Assembly (NCBI GenBank): GCA_963832165.1
Contig: CAWHTE010000007.1
Location: 64,001-128,000 of the forward strand
Reading direction: 5' to 3'
DNA length: 64,000 nucleotides
Source: an uncultured delta proteobacterium
GTDB taxonomy: Bacteria; Myxococcota_A; UBA9160; SMWR01
Shown here: one piece after another, positions 38,249-48,737 of the stretch
Position numbering within the stretch: the first letter of the stretch is position 1
How the letters are laid out: the number at the start of each line of letters is the position of its first letter
Notes under the pieces: generated by a model
Told to the model about the DNA's origin: nothing
Databases searched by the model: none
The model's input: the letters and a program-made list of their open reading frames with translations, nothing else
Translations under genes and position numbers: made by a program

Positions 38249-39052
38249 ATGGATCTCGAGACGGTCGACCTCGGAACGCCGTTCCTCCGGCTCGAACGGC
38301 GCGATCACCTCGCCTGGTGCACGATCGACCGGCCCAAGTCGCGCAACGCGCTCTCTCCGGCGATGTACTACGGCGTCAAGCGCGCGGTGCAGTGGGTGAA
38401 CGCGCGCAGCGAGCCGACCGCGCTGATCCTCACGGGTGTGGGCGACGTGTTCGCCCCGGGCGGCGAGCTGCGCGGCGTGCGCGAGGACCCGAATCCGGTC
38501 GTCGACGCCCTCACGGGCGACGAGGTGCTGCCGTTCGAGGCGATCCGCCACAGCGCCGCACCCGTGGTCGCCGCCGTGAACGGAATCTGTCAGGGCGGTG
38601 GCCTCCTGATCGCGATGCTCTCCGACGTCGCGGTCGTGAGCGAGCGCGCGACGTTTCGCGCGCCGGAGCTCCTGCGCGGGATCGCCGATTCGGGCTATGC
38701 CGCCTATCTGCCGCCCCACGTCGGCATAGCGCGGGCGCGCGACCTCCTGTTCACGGGCCGCAAGCTCGACGCGCGCGAGGCCGTGGAGATGGGGCTCGTC
38801 GCGCGCATGGTCCCGCACGACCAGCTCGCCGACGCCGCGCGCGAAGTCGCCGAGAACATCCTGCGCACCGCGCCCGAGGCGCGAATGATGGTGAAGCGCA
38901 TGATCCACGAGCGCTATGGCCCGGTCGATCGCATGAGCATGGACTGGTCGCTCTGGAAGGCCGGCGAGGCGCGCGAGGGGATGCGCGCGTTCGCGGAGAA
39001 GCGCACGCCCGCGTGGGTGCCGAAGGCGCTCGACACCGGCAAGCGCCTGTAA
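38249..39052 (+). CDS. Enoyl-CoA hydratase/isomerase family
   Basis: IDRPKSRNALS, AAVNGICQGGG, FRAPELLRG, EGMRAFAEKR. Confidence 0.9.
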   Translation: MDLETVDLGTPFLRLERRDHLAWCTIDRPKSRNALSPAMYYGVKRAVQWVNARSEPTALILTGVGDVFAPGGELRGVREDPNPVVDALTGDEVLPFEAIRHSAAPVVAAVNGICQGGGLLIAMLSDVAVVSERATFRAPELLRGIADSGYAAYLPPHVGIARARDLLFTGRKLDAREAVEMGLVARMVPHDQLADAAREVAENILRTAPEARMMVKRMIHERYGPVDRMSMDWSLWKAGEAREGMRAFAEKRTPAWVPKALDTGKRL

Positions 39053-39056
39053 CGCG

Positions 39057-39857
39057 TCAGCCGACGCGCGAGCTCTGTCCGCCGTCGACGGGCAGCATCA
39101 CGCCCGTGATGAAGCGCGCCTCGTCGGAGGCGAGAAAGACCGCGGCCCAGGCCACGTCCCAGGCCGTGCCCATGTGCCCGCCGAGCGGTACCGCGGCGTG
39201 GCGCTGGGCGACGAGCTTTTCCTTCGCGATGCCGAGCTCCTGCGAGAGGCCCTCGATCGCCATGGGCGTCTCCATGAGACCGGGCATGATCACGTTCGCG
39301 CGGATCCCGTACTTCGCATTGCCGACCGCGAGCGATTGCGTGTAGGCGTTGATGCCCGCCTTCGAGGTCTTGTAGGCGACCGCGGGCGTGGCGCAGATCG
39401 CCGCGATCGACGACACGTTCGTGATCGCCCCGCCCTTCTGCTCGCGCATCACGGGCAGCACGTGCTTGCACGGAAACACCACGCTCTTGAGGTTCACGGC
39501 GAGGATGCGGTCCCACGCCTCTTCGTTCACGTGCGATGGGCTCGCGTCGCCGCCGCCGATTCCGACGTTGTTGTGCAGCACGTCGATCCGGCCGTGGCGC
39601 TTCACGCACGTGGCGACGAGCGCCGCGCAATCGGCCTCGAGGGTGGCGTCGGCGCACGCGGCTTCGGCCTCGCCGCCCTCGGCGCGGATCATCGCGACGG
39701 TCTCTTCGGCGGAGTCGAGCCGCCGATCGACGGCGATCACGCGCGCGCCCTCGCGCGCGAACAGCACCGCGGTGGCGCGGCCGTTTCCGATCGTGTCGCC
39801 GGGCGTCTGCCCGGCGCCCACCACGATCGCGACCTTGCCCGCGAGGCGCGCGCTCAC
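39057..39857 (-). CDS. SDR family oxidoreductase
   Basis: GAGQTPGDTIGNGRA, LHNNVG, YKTSK, LPVDGG. Confidence 0.9.
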   Translation of the reverse strand: MSARLAGKVAIVVGAGQTPGDTIGNGRATAVLFAREGARVIAVDRRLDSAEETVAMIRAEGGEAEAACADATLEADCAALVATCVKRHGRIDVLHNNVGIGGGDASPSHVNEEAWDRILAVNLKSVVFPCKHVLPVMREQKGGAITNVSSIAAICATPAVAYKTSKAGINAYTQSLAVGNAKYGIRANVIMPGLMETPMAIEGLSQELGIAKEKLVAQRHAAVPLGGHMGTAWDVAWAAVFLASDEARFITGVMLPVDGGQSSRVG

Positions 39858-40414
39858 GGACGCGGCAGCGGCGCGAGGCCGGGCTCCGGCTGGACGCCGA
39901 AGCTGTTCAGGGCCATCGACACGAGATTGTATTGGCCGACCGTGAACACGAGATCCATGAGCTGCTGCGTGGAGAGCGAGCTCGCGAGCTCCGTCCACGT
40001 GGTATCCGAGATGAACGCGTCGTCGTGCAGCTCATCAGTGGCGCGCAGCAGCGCGCGCTCGAGCGTGCTCCAGCCGATGGCGGCAGCGCCCTTCGGAATG
40101 CGCGCGATCTCCTCGTCGGACAGGCCCACCGCCTTCGCGATCGCGACGTGCTGACCCCACTCGTAGCCCGCACGGCACAGCCAGCCGATGCGCAGGATCA
40201 CGAGCTCGCGCTCGCGCGCGGGCAGCGTCGATTTGGCGAGCACGTGGTTGCCGAACACGAGCCAGCGCTTCAAGAGGCCCGGGTGGTTCGCGAGCGTGCG
40301 GAAGATGTTGAGGATCGAGCCCTCGCCGACCGGGCCCTGGCCGACGCGCTGGCGCGTCTCCGGGTCCATCTCGTCGTCGGAAAGCGGCGCGACGCGCGGT
40401 TTATCGAGTCTCAC
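39854..40414 (-). CDS. Carboxymuconolactone decarboxylase / AhpD-like family protein
   Basis: NIFRTLANHP, RERELVILR, YEWGQH, TVGQY. Confidence 0.85.
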   Translation of the reverse strand: MRLDKPRVAPLSDDEMDPETRQRVGQGPVGEGSILNIFRTLANHPGLLKRWLVFGNHVLAKSTLPARERELVILRIGWLCRAGYEWGQHVAIAKAVGLSDEEIARIPKGAAAIGWSTLERALLRATDELHDDAFISDTTWTELASSLSTQQLMDLVFTVGQYNLVSMALNSFGVQPEPGLAPLPRP

Positions 40415-40441
40415 GAGTTTCCCTCCCGCGGGCCATGGTAC

Positions 40442-41566
40442 TCACACCCGCGTCCTGAGCACGCTCGGGTCGAAGCGGAACAGCCGAGCCGCCGTGCCCG
40501 CGACGATCTGCGCCGCGTCGTCGACCGGGGTGTGCGCGAACAGCTCGGAGACGATCTTGCGCGAGTGGGGAAAGGTGCCTTCGGCGTGCGGAAAATCGGA
40601 GCCCCACAAGAGCGGCGCCGCGCCCGTGAGCGGGAGGTTGTGGACCGCGACGGGATCGAACTGGAACGTCCCGTGGATCTGTCGCCTCATGTAGTGGCTG
40701 GGCTTCTCGGGCAGGATCGGCTTCACCCATCCCTCGTACTGCTGGAACGCCTCGTAGTAGTAGTCGACCGTGCACATCGCCCACGACAGCCAGCCCGCGT
40801 TCGTCTCGACGAACACGAAGTGGAGTCCGGGGTGATCGGCGAGCACGCCCGAGGTGGCGAGCATCGCGGCTGCGCGCGGCGCCATCGACTGCGTCGAGAG
40901 CAGATTCGTCACGGCAGCGCCGGGGCCGCGGTAGAACAACATGTCGTGCCCGCTGCCCTGGTGCATCACGACCGGAAGACCGATCTCCTCGATCGCACTC
41001 CAGAGCGGCTGCCAGCCGCGGTGGTTGTACTCGGGCGTGCCCACGAGCGGCAGCATGGCCGCAGCCAGCCCGAGGTCGGCGATGCGCGAGACCTCCGCGA
41101 TCGCGGCGTCGACGCTCCAGGTCGGGATCATGCCCGCGCAGCGAAAGCGCGGAGAGCGCGACGCGAGCCGATCTGCGATCCAGTCGTTGTAGATCCGGCA
41201 GCAGGCCTCGCCCGTGCGCGCGTCCGCGATGTTCCACGCGTACAGCCCCGCGCTCGGGTAGACGCACTCGCCCGAGATCCCGTCGCGGCGCATCGCGGCG
41301 AAGCGGCGATCCGGGTCGGCCGTGAGCACACGCAGCGCATCGAGGTCGGAGACGCCCGCGGCGGCTGCGGCTTCGGTGATCTCGCGCGTGTGCGCCGTGT
41401 CCTCGATGCCGATCCGCTTTGCGAACTGGGCCGCCGAGGCGTGCTGAGGACCCAGCTCGGGCGGCAGGTGCTCGCGCATCGCGGGGGAGAGCTCGGCGTG
41501 CCAGAGCGTGCTGGGCTCCTCCACGTGACTGTCTGCCGAGATCAGCGGAAGGCTCTGCAGGTCCAT
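40442..41566 (-). CDS. Amidohydrolase_2 family protein
   Basis: ISADSHVEEP, YNDW, VMHQG, WGSDFPHAEGTFP. Confidence 0.9.
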   Translation of the reverse strand: MDLQSLPLISADSHVEEPSTLWHAELSPAMREHLPPELGPQHASAAQFAKRIGIEDTAHTREITEAAAAAGVSDLDALRVLTADPDRRFAAMRRDGISGECVYPSAGLYAWNIADARTGEACCRIYNDWIADRLASRSPRFRCAGMIPTWSVDAAIAEVSRIADLGLAAAMLPLVGTPEYNHRGWQPLWSAIEEIGLPVVMHQGSGHDMLFYRGPGAAVTNLLSTQSMAPRAAAMLATSGVLADHPGLHFVFVETNAGWLSWAMCTVDYYYEAFQQYEGWVKPILPEKPSHYMRRQIHGTFQFDPVAVHNLPLTGAAPLLWGSDFPHAEGTFPHSRKIVSELFAHTPVDDAAQIVAGTAARLFRFDPSVLRTRV

Positions 41567-41580
41567 GGTGTCGTGACGCG

Positions 41581-42846
41581 TCAGGCGATCGGGCCGTGTA
41601 CCGATTCGTATTCCCTGCGGTAGTCGGCCCGAGACCGCGTGCGCAGATCGACGTCCCGCGCGCGCGCGCGCAGCGCGCCCACCGTGGCGGCTTCGCGGGG
41701 CACGTGCCGGAACGGATCGAAGCGCAGCCAGCGCAGCGCATTCTCGAACCCGATCTTCGCGATCTCGGAATCGCTGCACTTCGCGAGGGTGAAGTGCTCG
41801 AACAGCTCCTCGGGCGAGCCCGGAAAGCTGCAGTCCGAATGCGGGTAGTCGACCTCGTAGGCGATGTTGTCGATGCCGATCCGGTCGCGCAGCAGCAGGC
41901 CCGACGGATCGCAGATGAAGCAGGCGAGGAAGTGTCGGTGGAACTTCTCGGTCGGCGTGAGACCGCCGAGATCCGATTGCATCCATCGCTGGAGGTGGAA
42001 CTGGCGCTCCATCCGGTCGAGGAAGCCCGGGATCCACGACGTGCCGCCCTCGGAGAGCGCGATCTTGACGTCCGGGTATTTCACGAGCGACTTGCACCAG
42101 AGGAAGTTCGCCGCGCACGCGAGCGAGTTCCAGCACGGCAGCGTGCTCGCGACCTCGATCGGCGTCCGGGACTCGACGGGCATGGTGATGTTGCTCGACG
42201 CGATGTGCACCGCGATCACGACGCCTTCTTCCTGACACGCGGCAAAGAACGGATCCCAGGCGCCGCTGTGGATGCTCGGATGGCCGAAGGTCTCGGGCGC
42301 CTCCGAGAACGCGATCGCAGTGGCGCCCTTGCGCGCCACGCGCCGGACTTCCTGTGCCGAGAGCTCCGGCGACCACAGCGCGCACAGCGGCAGCGGGATG
42401 AAGCGGCCCGGATGGCTGCCGGCCCACTCGTCGATGTGCCAGTCGTTGTAGGCCTGGAGACATGCCAACGCGAGCTCGCGGTCCGCACAGCTCGCGAAGA
42501 AGCTCCCGCTCATGCCCGCGAACGACGGAAAGCACATCGATGCGAGGATCCCGTTCGCGTCCATGTCGCGGACGCGCGCCGCGCTGTCGTAACAGCCCGG
42601 GCGCATCTCGGCGAGCGTCGAGGGATCGTATCCCCACTCCTCGTTCGGCAGCGTCACGACCGCACAGATGAACGGCGTGGCCGCGGCGCCTCCCTCCCAG
42701 ACCCAGGTCTGCGCGCGGCGCTTCGCGTCGTAGACGAAGCGCGGCGCGCGGTCGGCCCACTTCTTCGGGACGTGATTCGCGAATACACTCGGCGGCTCGA
42801 CGATGTGATCGTCGACGCTCACGAGAATCATGTCGTCCAGACGCAT
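41581..42846 (-). CDS. Amidohydrolase_2 family protein
   Basis: VSVDDHIVEP, MRPGCYD, AYNDWHIDEW, SEGG, EVDYPHSD. Confidence 0.9.
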   Translation of the reverse strand: MRLDDMILVSVDDHIVEPPSVFANHVPKKWADRAPRFVYDAKRRAQTWVWEGGAAATPFICAVVTLPNEEWGYDPSTLAEMRPGCYDSAARVRDMDANGILASMCFPSFAGMSGSFFASCADRELALACLQAYNDWHIDEWAGSHPGRFIPLPLCALWSPELSAQEVRRVARKGATAIAFSEAPETFGHPSIHSGAWDPFFAACQEEGVVIAVHIASSNITMPVESRTPIEVASTLPCWNSLACAANFLWCKSLVKYPDVKIALSEGGTSWIPGFLDRMERQFHLQRWMQSDLGGLTPTEKFHRHFLACFICDPSGLLLRDRIGIDNIAYEVDYPHSDCSFPGSPEELFEHFTLAKCSDSEIAKIGFENALRWLRFDPFRHVPREAATVGALRARARDVDLRTRSRADYRREYESVHGPIA

Positions 42847-42866
42847 GGTCTGGCAGGAGCCTACCA

Positions 42867-43730
42867 CTACCGACGGTTGGGGTCCTCGACTCCGTAGATC
42901 CGCGCCATCTGCTGCGATACGAGCGCGGTGACCGGCAGCGAGATCTCCGCGTCGCGCGCGAGTGCCAGCACACCCGCGAGATCCTTCTCGGCGATGATCA
43001 TGTGGTTGCGCATGAGCTTCTGCACGGGCTCCGACGTGCGGACCGCCTCGGGCAGCTTGACCCCGCCGAGGTAGTTGACCATCAGCTGCGTGAGCTGGCC
43101 GTTCGCCTGCCCGGCCTCCTCGAGCACCGACTGCGGCAGCCCGATCGCCTTCGCGAGCTGGAACGACTCGAACGCTGCGGCCCACTGGAGATAGGTGATC
43201 AGGTTGATGCAGAACTTGAGCTTCGCGCCGTCGCCGAGTGCGCCGGCGTGGATGATCTTCACCGAATTGCACTCGAACACGGGCCGCACCTTCTCGAGCG
43301 CGTCCGCGTCGCCGCCGACGATGTAGGTGATCTGCTTTGCCTTGGCGCGCTCCGCGCCGCCCGTGACGCACGCGTCGAGCACGGCCACGCCGAGCGGTTT
43401 CGCGGCCTCGGCGATCTCGATCGCGGTGGCGGGCAGGATCGTGCTGTGGATCGCGATCACGGCGCCCGGCTTCGCACCCGCGAGCACGCCGTCGTCGCCA
43501 TACACCACCGCGCGCACGTGTTCGTCGGCCGGTACGCAGATCCCGATCACGTCCGATCGCTCACCGACCTCGCGCGGCGACGACGCGGCGCGCGCTCCGC
43601 CTGCCACGAGCTCCTGCACGGGCTCCGGCGCGAGGTCGTAGACCGTGGTCTCGAATCCCGACGGCGCGAGATGCGCCGCGATCGGCTTGCCTTGGTTCCC
43701 CAACCCGATGAATCCGACGCGAAGCGACAT
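42867..43730 (-). CDS. NAD(P)-dependent oxidoreductase, 3-hydroxyisobutyrate dehydrogenase family (Rv0770-like)
   Basis: GFIGLGNQG, IHSTI, DACVTGG, GAKLKFCIN, EKDL. Confidence 0.88.
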   Translation of the reverse strand: MSLRVGFIGLGNQGKPIAAHLAPSGFETTVYDLAPEPVQELVAGGARAASSPREVGERSDVIGICVPADEHVRAVVYGDDGVLAGAKPGAVIAIHSTILPATAIEIAEAAKPLGVAVLDACVTGGAERAKAKQITYIVGGDADALEKVRPVFECNSVKIIHAGALGDGAKLKFCINLITYLQWAAAFESFQLAKAIGLPQSVLEEAGQANGQLTQLMVNYLGGVKLPEAVRTSEPVQKLMRNHMIIAEKDLAGVLALARDAEISLPVTALVSQQMARIYGVEDPNRR

Positions 43731-43764
43731 CGCACACCTCCGAGCGATTCCACGGTATCACAGC

Positions 43765-43790
43765 TTACATTGCATCCGCTATGTAAATAG
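43765..43790. promoter_or_regulatory. Palindromic operator-like motif, copy 1
   Basis: TTACATTGCATCCGCTATGTAAATAG in a 66-bp divergent intergenic gap; 23/26 identical to 49980-50005. Confidence 0.75.
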
Positions 43791-43796
43791 TCTACC

Positions 43797-44576
43797 GTGC
43801 TGCGCGTGCAATCCCCCCGCACAGCGATCGTCACGGGCGCCTCGTCGGGCATCGGCGCCGCGACCGCCGTGGAGCTCGGCCGTGGCGGATGGCGCGTGGC
43901 GATCGGCGCGCGGCGCGTCGATCGGCTCGAGGGCGTGGCCAAGCAGGTCGAGGCCGAAGGCGGTGTGGCACTCGCGAAGCGCCTCGACGTGACCGATCCC
44001 GCATCGGTCGAGGAGTTCTGCACCGCCGTCGAGTCCGCGCTGGGCCCGATCGATCTGCTCGTGAACAACGCGGGGCAGAACATGTCGGCGCTGATCGCGG
44101 AGGCCACGACCGACCAGCTGCGCCTCGACGTCGAGGTGAACCTGCTCGGAGCGATGTACATGACCCGGCGCGTCGTACCGGGCATGATCGAGCGCCGCGT
44201 CGGCGACGTGATCTTCGTGGGCTCCGACGCCGCAATGCGGCCGCGAACGTTCCAGGGCGCCTACAACGCCGCGAAGGCGGGCCTCGAGGCGTTCGCGCGC
44301 GTGCTTGCGATGGAGACCGAGGGCACCGGCGTGCGCTCGATCCTCGTGCGCGTCGGCCCGACCTGGAGCGAGTTCAACAGCCAGATGCCGCACGCGCGCC
44401 TCCCCGAGATCCTGCAGAGCTGGAAGCACTGGGGAATTCTGCGCAGCCTGCACGCGATGCCGTCGGAGAGCGCCGCGCGCGCGATCGTGCGCGCCGTCTC
44501 TGCTCCCGTAGAGGAGTCGTACACCACCGTCATCGAGGTGCAGCCCGGCGGCCGCAGCAAGGAGTACGCGAAGTGA
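43797..44576 (+). CDS. SDR family oxidoreductase (Rv0765c-like)
   Basis: TGASSGIGAATA, DVIFVGSD, GAYNAAKAG, EGTGVRS..VRVGPT, W.HWG tail recalled as characteristic of the mycobacterial cyp51-locus SDR. Confidence 0.88.
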   Translation: MLRVQSPRTAIVTGASSGIGAATAVELGRGGWRVAIGARRVDRLEGVAKQVEAEGGVALAKRLDVTDPASVEEFCTAVESALGPIDLLVNNAGQNMSALIAEATTDQLRLDVEVNLLGAMYMTRRVVPGMIERRVGDVIFVGSDAAMRPRTFQGAYNAAKAGLEAFARVLAMETEGTGVRSILVRVGPTWSEFNSQMPHARLPEILQSWKHWGILRSLHAMPSESAARAIVRAVSAPVEESYTTVIEVQPGGRSKEYAK

Positions 44577-45328
44577 AGCTCGACGGAATCGAGGGCAAGG
44601 TCGCGATCGTCACGGGAGCGGGCGGCGGGATCGGCGAGGCGTACGCGACGGGGCTCGCAGCGCAAGGCGCCCGGGTAGTCGTCGCCGAGATCAAGAAGGA
44701 GAACGGCGAGCGCGTCGCCGAGGAGATCCGCCAGACCGGCGCCGAGGCGATCTTCGTCGAGGTCGACGTCGGGTCTCCCGCATCGACGCTCGCGCTGGCC
44801 GATCGCACCGTGGAGGCGTTCGGCGGCATCGACTTCCTCGTCAACAACGCCGCGATCTTCGGCGACATGAAGCTCGACTCGCTCCTGCGCGTGGACTGGG
44901 ACTACTACCAGCACTTCATGAACGTCAACATGAACGGCGCGCTCCTGTGCACGCGCGCGTGCTTCCGCTCGATGCGGGAGCGCGGTGGCGGCGCGATCGT
45001 GAATCAGTCCTCGACTGCATCGTGGATGGGCGCGGGCTACTACAGCCTCGCCAAGAACGGCATCAACGGGCTCACCCAGTGCCTCGCGCGCGAGCTCGGC
45101 CCGCAGAAGATCCGCGTGAACGCGATTGCGCCGGGTCCCACGGAGACGAGCGCGCTGCGCAGCACCGCGGGCGATTTCGCGAAGCAGCTCGTCGCGCAGC
45201 TGCCGCTCGCGCGCCTCGGACAGCCCGGAGACATGGTCGACGCGTGTCTCTTCCTGCTCTCCGACGCCGCGTCGTGGATCACGGGCCAGATCGTGAACGT
45301 CGACGGCGGTCAGATCTCCCGCCTCTAG
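44573..45328 (+). CDS. SDR family oxidoreductase (Rv0769-like)
   Basis: GGIDFLVNNAAIFGDMKLDSLL.V..DYY..FM.VN, NQSSTASW, SWITGQIVNVDGGQ. Confidence 0.9.
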   Translation: MKLDGIEGKVAIVTGAGGGIGEAYATGLAAQGARVVVAEIKKENGERVAEEIRQTGAEAIFVEVDVGSPASTLALADRTVEAFGGIDFLVNNAAIFGDMKLDSLLRVDWDYYQHFMNVNMNGALLCTRACFRSMRERGGGAIVNQSSTASWMGAGYYSLAKNGINGLTQCLARELGPQKIRVNAIAPGPTETSALRSTAGDFAKQLVAQLPLARLGQPGDMVDACLFLLSDAASWITGQIVNVDGGQISRL

Positions 45329-45340
45329 AAAGGAAATGCC

Positions 45341-46819
45341 ATGGCACTCGCTCCGCTCGCACCCGAAACCCGCAACCTGATCGACGGCAAGCTCGCTACT
45401 GCCAGCAACGGCAACACGTTCGAGAACGTGAGCCCCTCCACCGAAGAGGTGCTCGGCACCGTCGCCGACGGCACCAAGGACGACATGCTGCGCGCGGTGA
45501 CCGCGGCGCGGCGCGCGTTCGACGAGACGAGCTGGTCGACCGACCACGCGTTCCGCGCGAAGTGCGTAAAGCAGCTCTACGAAGGGCTCAAGGCCGAGAA
45601 GGAGCAGTTCCGCTCGATCGTCGTGCACGAAGCGGGCGCGCCCGTGACGCTCACGAGCTACATGCACATCGACGATCCGATCGAGATGATGGCCTACTGG
45701 GCCGACAAGGCGGGCTCGTACGTGTACGAGCGGCGCATGAAGGACATCCCGTTCTTCGGGCGTGCGAATGGGCGCATCCTGCGGCGCGAGGCGACCGGCG
45801 TGGTCGGCGCGATCACGCCCTGGAACGTGCCGCTCTACCTGAACATCGCGAAGCTGGGTCCTGCGCTCGCGTCGGGCTGCACGATCGTGCTCAAGCCCGC
45901 GCCCGACACGCCGTGGTCGGCCACTCACATCGGCAAGGTGATCGCCGAGCACACCGAGATCCCGCCCGGCGTCGTCAACATCGTGGCGTCGTCCGACCAC
46001 CTCACGGGCGAGATCCTGTCGTCGGATCCGCGCATCGATCTCGTCACCTTCACTGGCTCGACCGCGACCGGGCGGCGCATCATGGAATGCGCATCGCCCA
46101 CGCTCAAGAAGGTGTTCCTCGAGCTCGGCGGCAAGTCGGCCAACATCGTGCTCGACGACGCCGACTTCGCCGCGGTGCTGCCGATGGGCGCAATGACCTG
46201 CGTGCACGGCGGCCAGGGCTGCGCGATCACCACACGTCTCCTGCTCCCGCGCTCGCGCTACGACGAAGGCCTCGCGATCCTCAAGGCCGCGTTCGAGAAC
46301 TGGAACTACGGCGACCCGACCAACCCGGCCAACCTCCAGGGGCCGCAGGTCTCGAAGCGCCAGCAGCAGCGCGTGCTCGGCTACCTCGAGAAGGGCAGGA
46401 AGGACGGTGCGCGCGTGCTGGTCGGAGGCGGCGCACCCAAGCACTTGTCGAAGGGCTTCTACGTCGAGCCGACCCTTTTCGTGGATGTCGACCCCGATAG
46501 TGCTATCGCGCAAGAAGAGATCTTCGGTCCGGTGCTCTGCGTGATTCCGTACGAGGACGACGACGACGCGGTGCGGATCGCCAACAACTCCGTGTACGGC
46601 CTGTCGGGCGCGGTCAGCTCGGGCAGCGAGGAGCGCGCGCTCGCGGTGGCGCGGCGCATCCGCACCGGCACGATCTCCGTGAACGGCGGGATGTGGTTCA
46701 ACGTCGACTCGCCGTTCGGCGGCTACAAGCAGAGCGGGCTCGGGCGCGAGAACGGCGAGATGGGGTTCGAGGAGTATCTCGAGACCAAGGTGATCGGCTG
46801 CTCGCCGCAGGGCTCGTGA
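45341..46819 (+). CDS. Aldehyde dehydrogenase (AldA/Rv0768-like)
   Basis: ITPWN, FTGSTATG, LELGGKS, HGGQGCAITTR, EEIFGPV, PFGGYKQSG. Confidence 0.95.
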   Translation: MALAPLAPETRNLIDGKLATASNGNTFENVSPSTEEVLGTVADGTKDDMLRAVTAARRAFDETSWSTDHAFRAKCVKQLYEGLKAEKEQFRSIVVHEAGAPVTLTSYMHIDDPIEMMAYWADKAGSYVYERRMKDIPFFGRANGRILRREATGVVGAITPWNVPLYLNIAKLGPALASGCTIVLKPAPDTPWSATHIGKVIAEHTEIPPGVVNIVASSDHLTGEILSSDPRIDLVTFTGSTATGRRIMECASPTLKKVFLELGGKSANIVLDDADFAAVLPMGAMTCVHGGQGCAITTRLLLPRSRYDEGLAILKAAFENWNYGDPTNPANLQGPQVSKRQQQRVLGYLEKGRKDGARVLVGGGAPKHLSKGFYVEPTLFVDVDPDSAIAQEEIFGPVLCVIPYEDDDDAVRIANNSVYGLSGAVSSGSEERALAVARRIRTGTISVNGGMWFNVDSPFGGYKQSGLGRENGEMGFEEYLETKVIGCSPQGS

Positions 46820-46823
46820 TCGC

Positions 46824-47790
46824 TCAGGCGCTGCTGCCGCGGAACGCGCGCCGGTACGCCTTCGGGCTCGTCCCGACGATCTGCTGAAACTGGACGCGGA
46901 GCGTGGTCGCGGAGTGGAAGCCCGAGAGCGCGGCCACACGCTCGACGGCGTGGCTCGTCGTTTCGAGCAGCTGCTGCGCCCGGCGCACCCGCGCGCGCGT
47001 AACCCAATGCGCCGGCGTCGTTCCCATCTGCTCGCGGAAGCGGCGCGAGAGCGTGCGAGTGCTCATCGCCGCGCGCCGCGCGAGCGCCAGCAGCGAGAGA
47101 TCGCGGCTGCAGGTTCTGATCGATCCAGGTCACGAGCGGCGCCAGCGATTCGCCATCGCTCGGCGGCGGCGGGTGAACGATGAATTGCGCCTGACCGCCC
47201 TCGCGCTCGAGCGCGACCACCGCCATGCGCGCCGTGTTGGCCGCGACGGCGGCCCCGAAGTCGCGGCGGACCAGGTGCAGACACAAGTCGATCCCTGCCG
47301 TGGCGCCCGCCGACGTGAGCAGATTCCCCTCGTCGACGAAGAGGACGTTCGGGTCGACTGAAATCGCGGGATGGCGCCGCGCCAGCTCGTCCGCGACGAG
47401 CCAGTGCGTCGTGGCGCGCTTGCCCGCGAGCAGACCCGTTGCCGCGAGCAGGAAGGCGCCCGAACAGATCGAAGCCAGGCGCGCGCCGCGGTCCGCCGCG
47501 GCGCATAGCGCCTGCACGAGCTTGCGCGGGATCGGCGCACCGACGTCGGCGATGCCGGGAAGGATGATCGTATCGGCGCGCGCGAGCGCCTCCAGGCCAG
47601 CGCGCACCCGGATCTCGAAATCGGCCGTGCGCACCGTGCGCGTCACGCCGCATACCACCAGGCGATACGGCGCGCGGCCATCGGCGAGCCGGGTGCCGCG
47701 AAAGATCTCGGTAGGCGTCGCGAGGTCGAACGGCAGCACGCCGTGCGTCGCCACCACCGCCACCTCGTGCACCGCGGGTCGTCTGGCCAC
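46824..47790 (-). CDS. GlxA/FtrA-type AraC regulator with DJ-1/PfpI domain, frameshift near 47106
   Basis: SICSGAFLLA, ATTHW, TSAGATAGIDLCLH, REGGQAQF. The HTH MSTRTLSRRF...GTSPKAYR is in the adjacent frame. Confidence 0.88.
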
Positions 47791-47894
47791 GGCGGGAATC
47801 TATCGGATCGGATTGGCTGGATCCTGTCGAAAGTTGTCATTCCAGCCACGCCCGGAGGCGGTACGTTGGCGCCGCCGCCCGCTGGAGGTTCGCG

Positions 47895-48323
47895 ATGGAG
47901 ACGATCACTTCCGAGTTCGCCGTGATGGCCGTGTGGGGCCCCGCGCTGCAGGCGCTCGCCTTCGTGCTCGTGATGTCGCTCGTGCGCGAGCCGGCGCGGC
48001 AGCAGTTCAACGCGATTCTCGTTGCAGGAGCGGGAGCCGCCTATCTGAACGGCGGGCTCGGGTTCTGGGAGTATCCGTTCATTCCCGCGGCCACCGCAGC
48101 GGCGTATCTCGGGCTGCGCTCGTATCGCTGGATCGGTGTCGCGTGGCTGCTGCATACGGGTTGGGACATCGTCCATCATCTCTACGGCGACCCGATCTGG
48201 CCCTGGCAGCCGCTCTCCTCGCTCGGCTGCGCGACCCTCGACTCACTGATCGCGATCTGGTTCCTCGCGGGCGCGCCGTCCGTCTACGCGCTCGCGGGTC
48301 GCCGCCCGCAGCCGGCTCGATGA
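47895..48323 (+). CDS. Membrane protein (DUF6010-like)
   Basis: NAILVAGAGAAYLNGG, WIGVAWLLHTGWDIVHHLYG, CATLD. Confidence 0.7.
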   Translation: METITSEFAVMAVWGPALQALAFVLVMSLVREPARQQFNAILVAGAGAAYLNGGLGFWEYPFIPAATAAAYLGLRSYRWIGVAWLLHTGWDIVHHLYGDPIWPWQPLSSLGCATLDSLIAIWFLAGAPSVYALAGRRPQPAR

Positions 48324-48737
48324 TCTGGCGCGCTGCGCTCGCACTCGTCGCCGATGCTCGCGCTCGGCTGCTACCACGTGGGCCAGCTCGTGCACCTCGT
48401 GAGTGCGCGGCGCGACGCGGGCGCTCCCGCGCTCTACACCGAGCGATGCAGCAGCTGCCACGGCGACGCGGGGCGCGGCGACGGTCTCGCGGGACGTTCG
48501 CTCGACCCGCCGCCCCGCGACTTCGCGGACCGCCGCTGGCAGGCTTCGACGACGGACGACCGGATCCGTTTCGTGATCCGCCACGGCGGCGACGCCGCGG
48601 GGCTCAGCGAGAGCATGGCGGCGCACGACGACTTGTCCGACGAGCAGCTCGACGCGCTCGTGGCCTATATCCGGCGCGTTGGTGAGGCGGCCGAGATCAG
48701 TTCGGCTCCGGCAACCCGTACAAGTCGATCGCGTTGA
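48320..48737 (+). CDS. c-type cytochrome (monoheme), probable frameshift in the signal region near 48352
   Basis: CSSCHG heme motif, GRGDG, PPPRDF, distal Met (SESMAA). ATG 48320 overlaps the upstream stop and gives MIWRAALALVA(M)LALGC when one C is removed. Confidence 0.78.
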
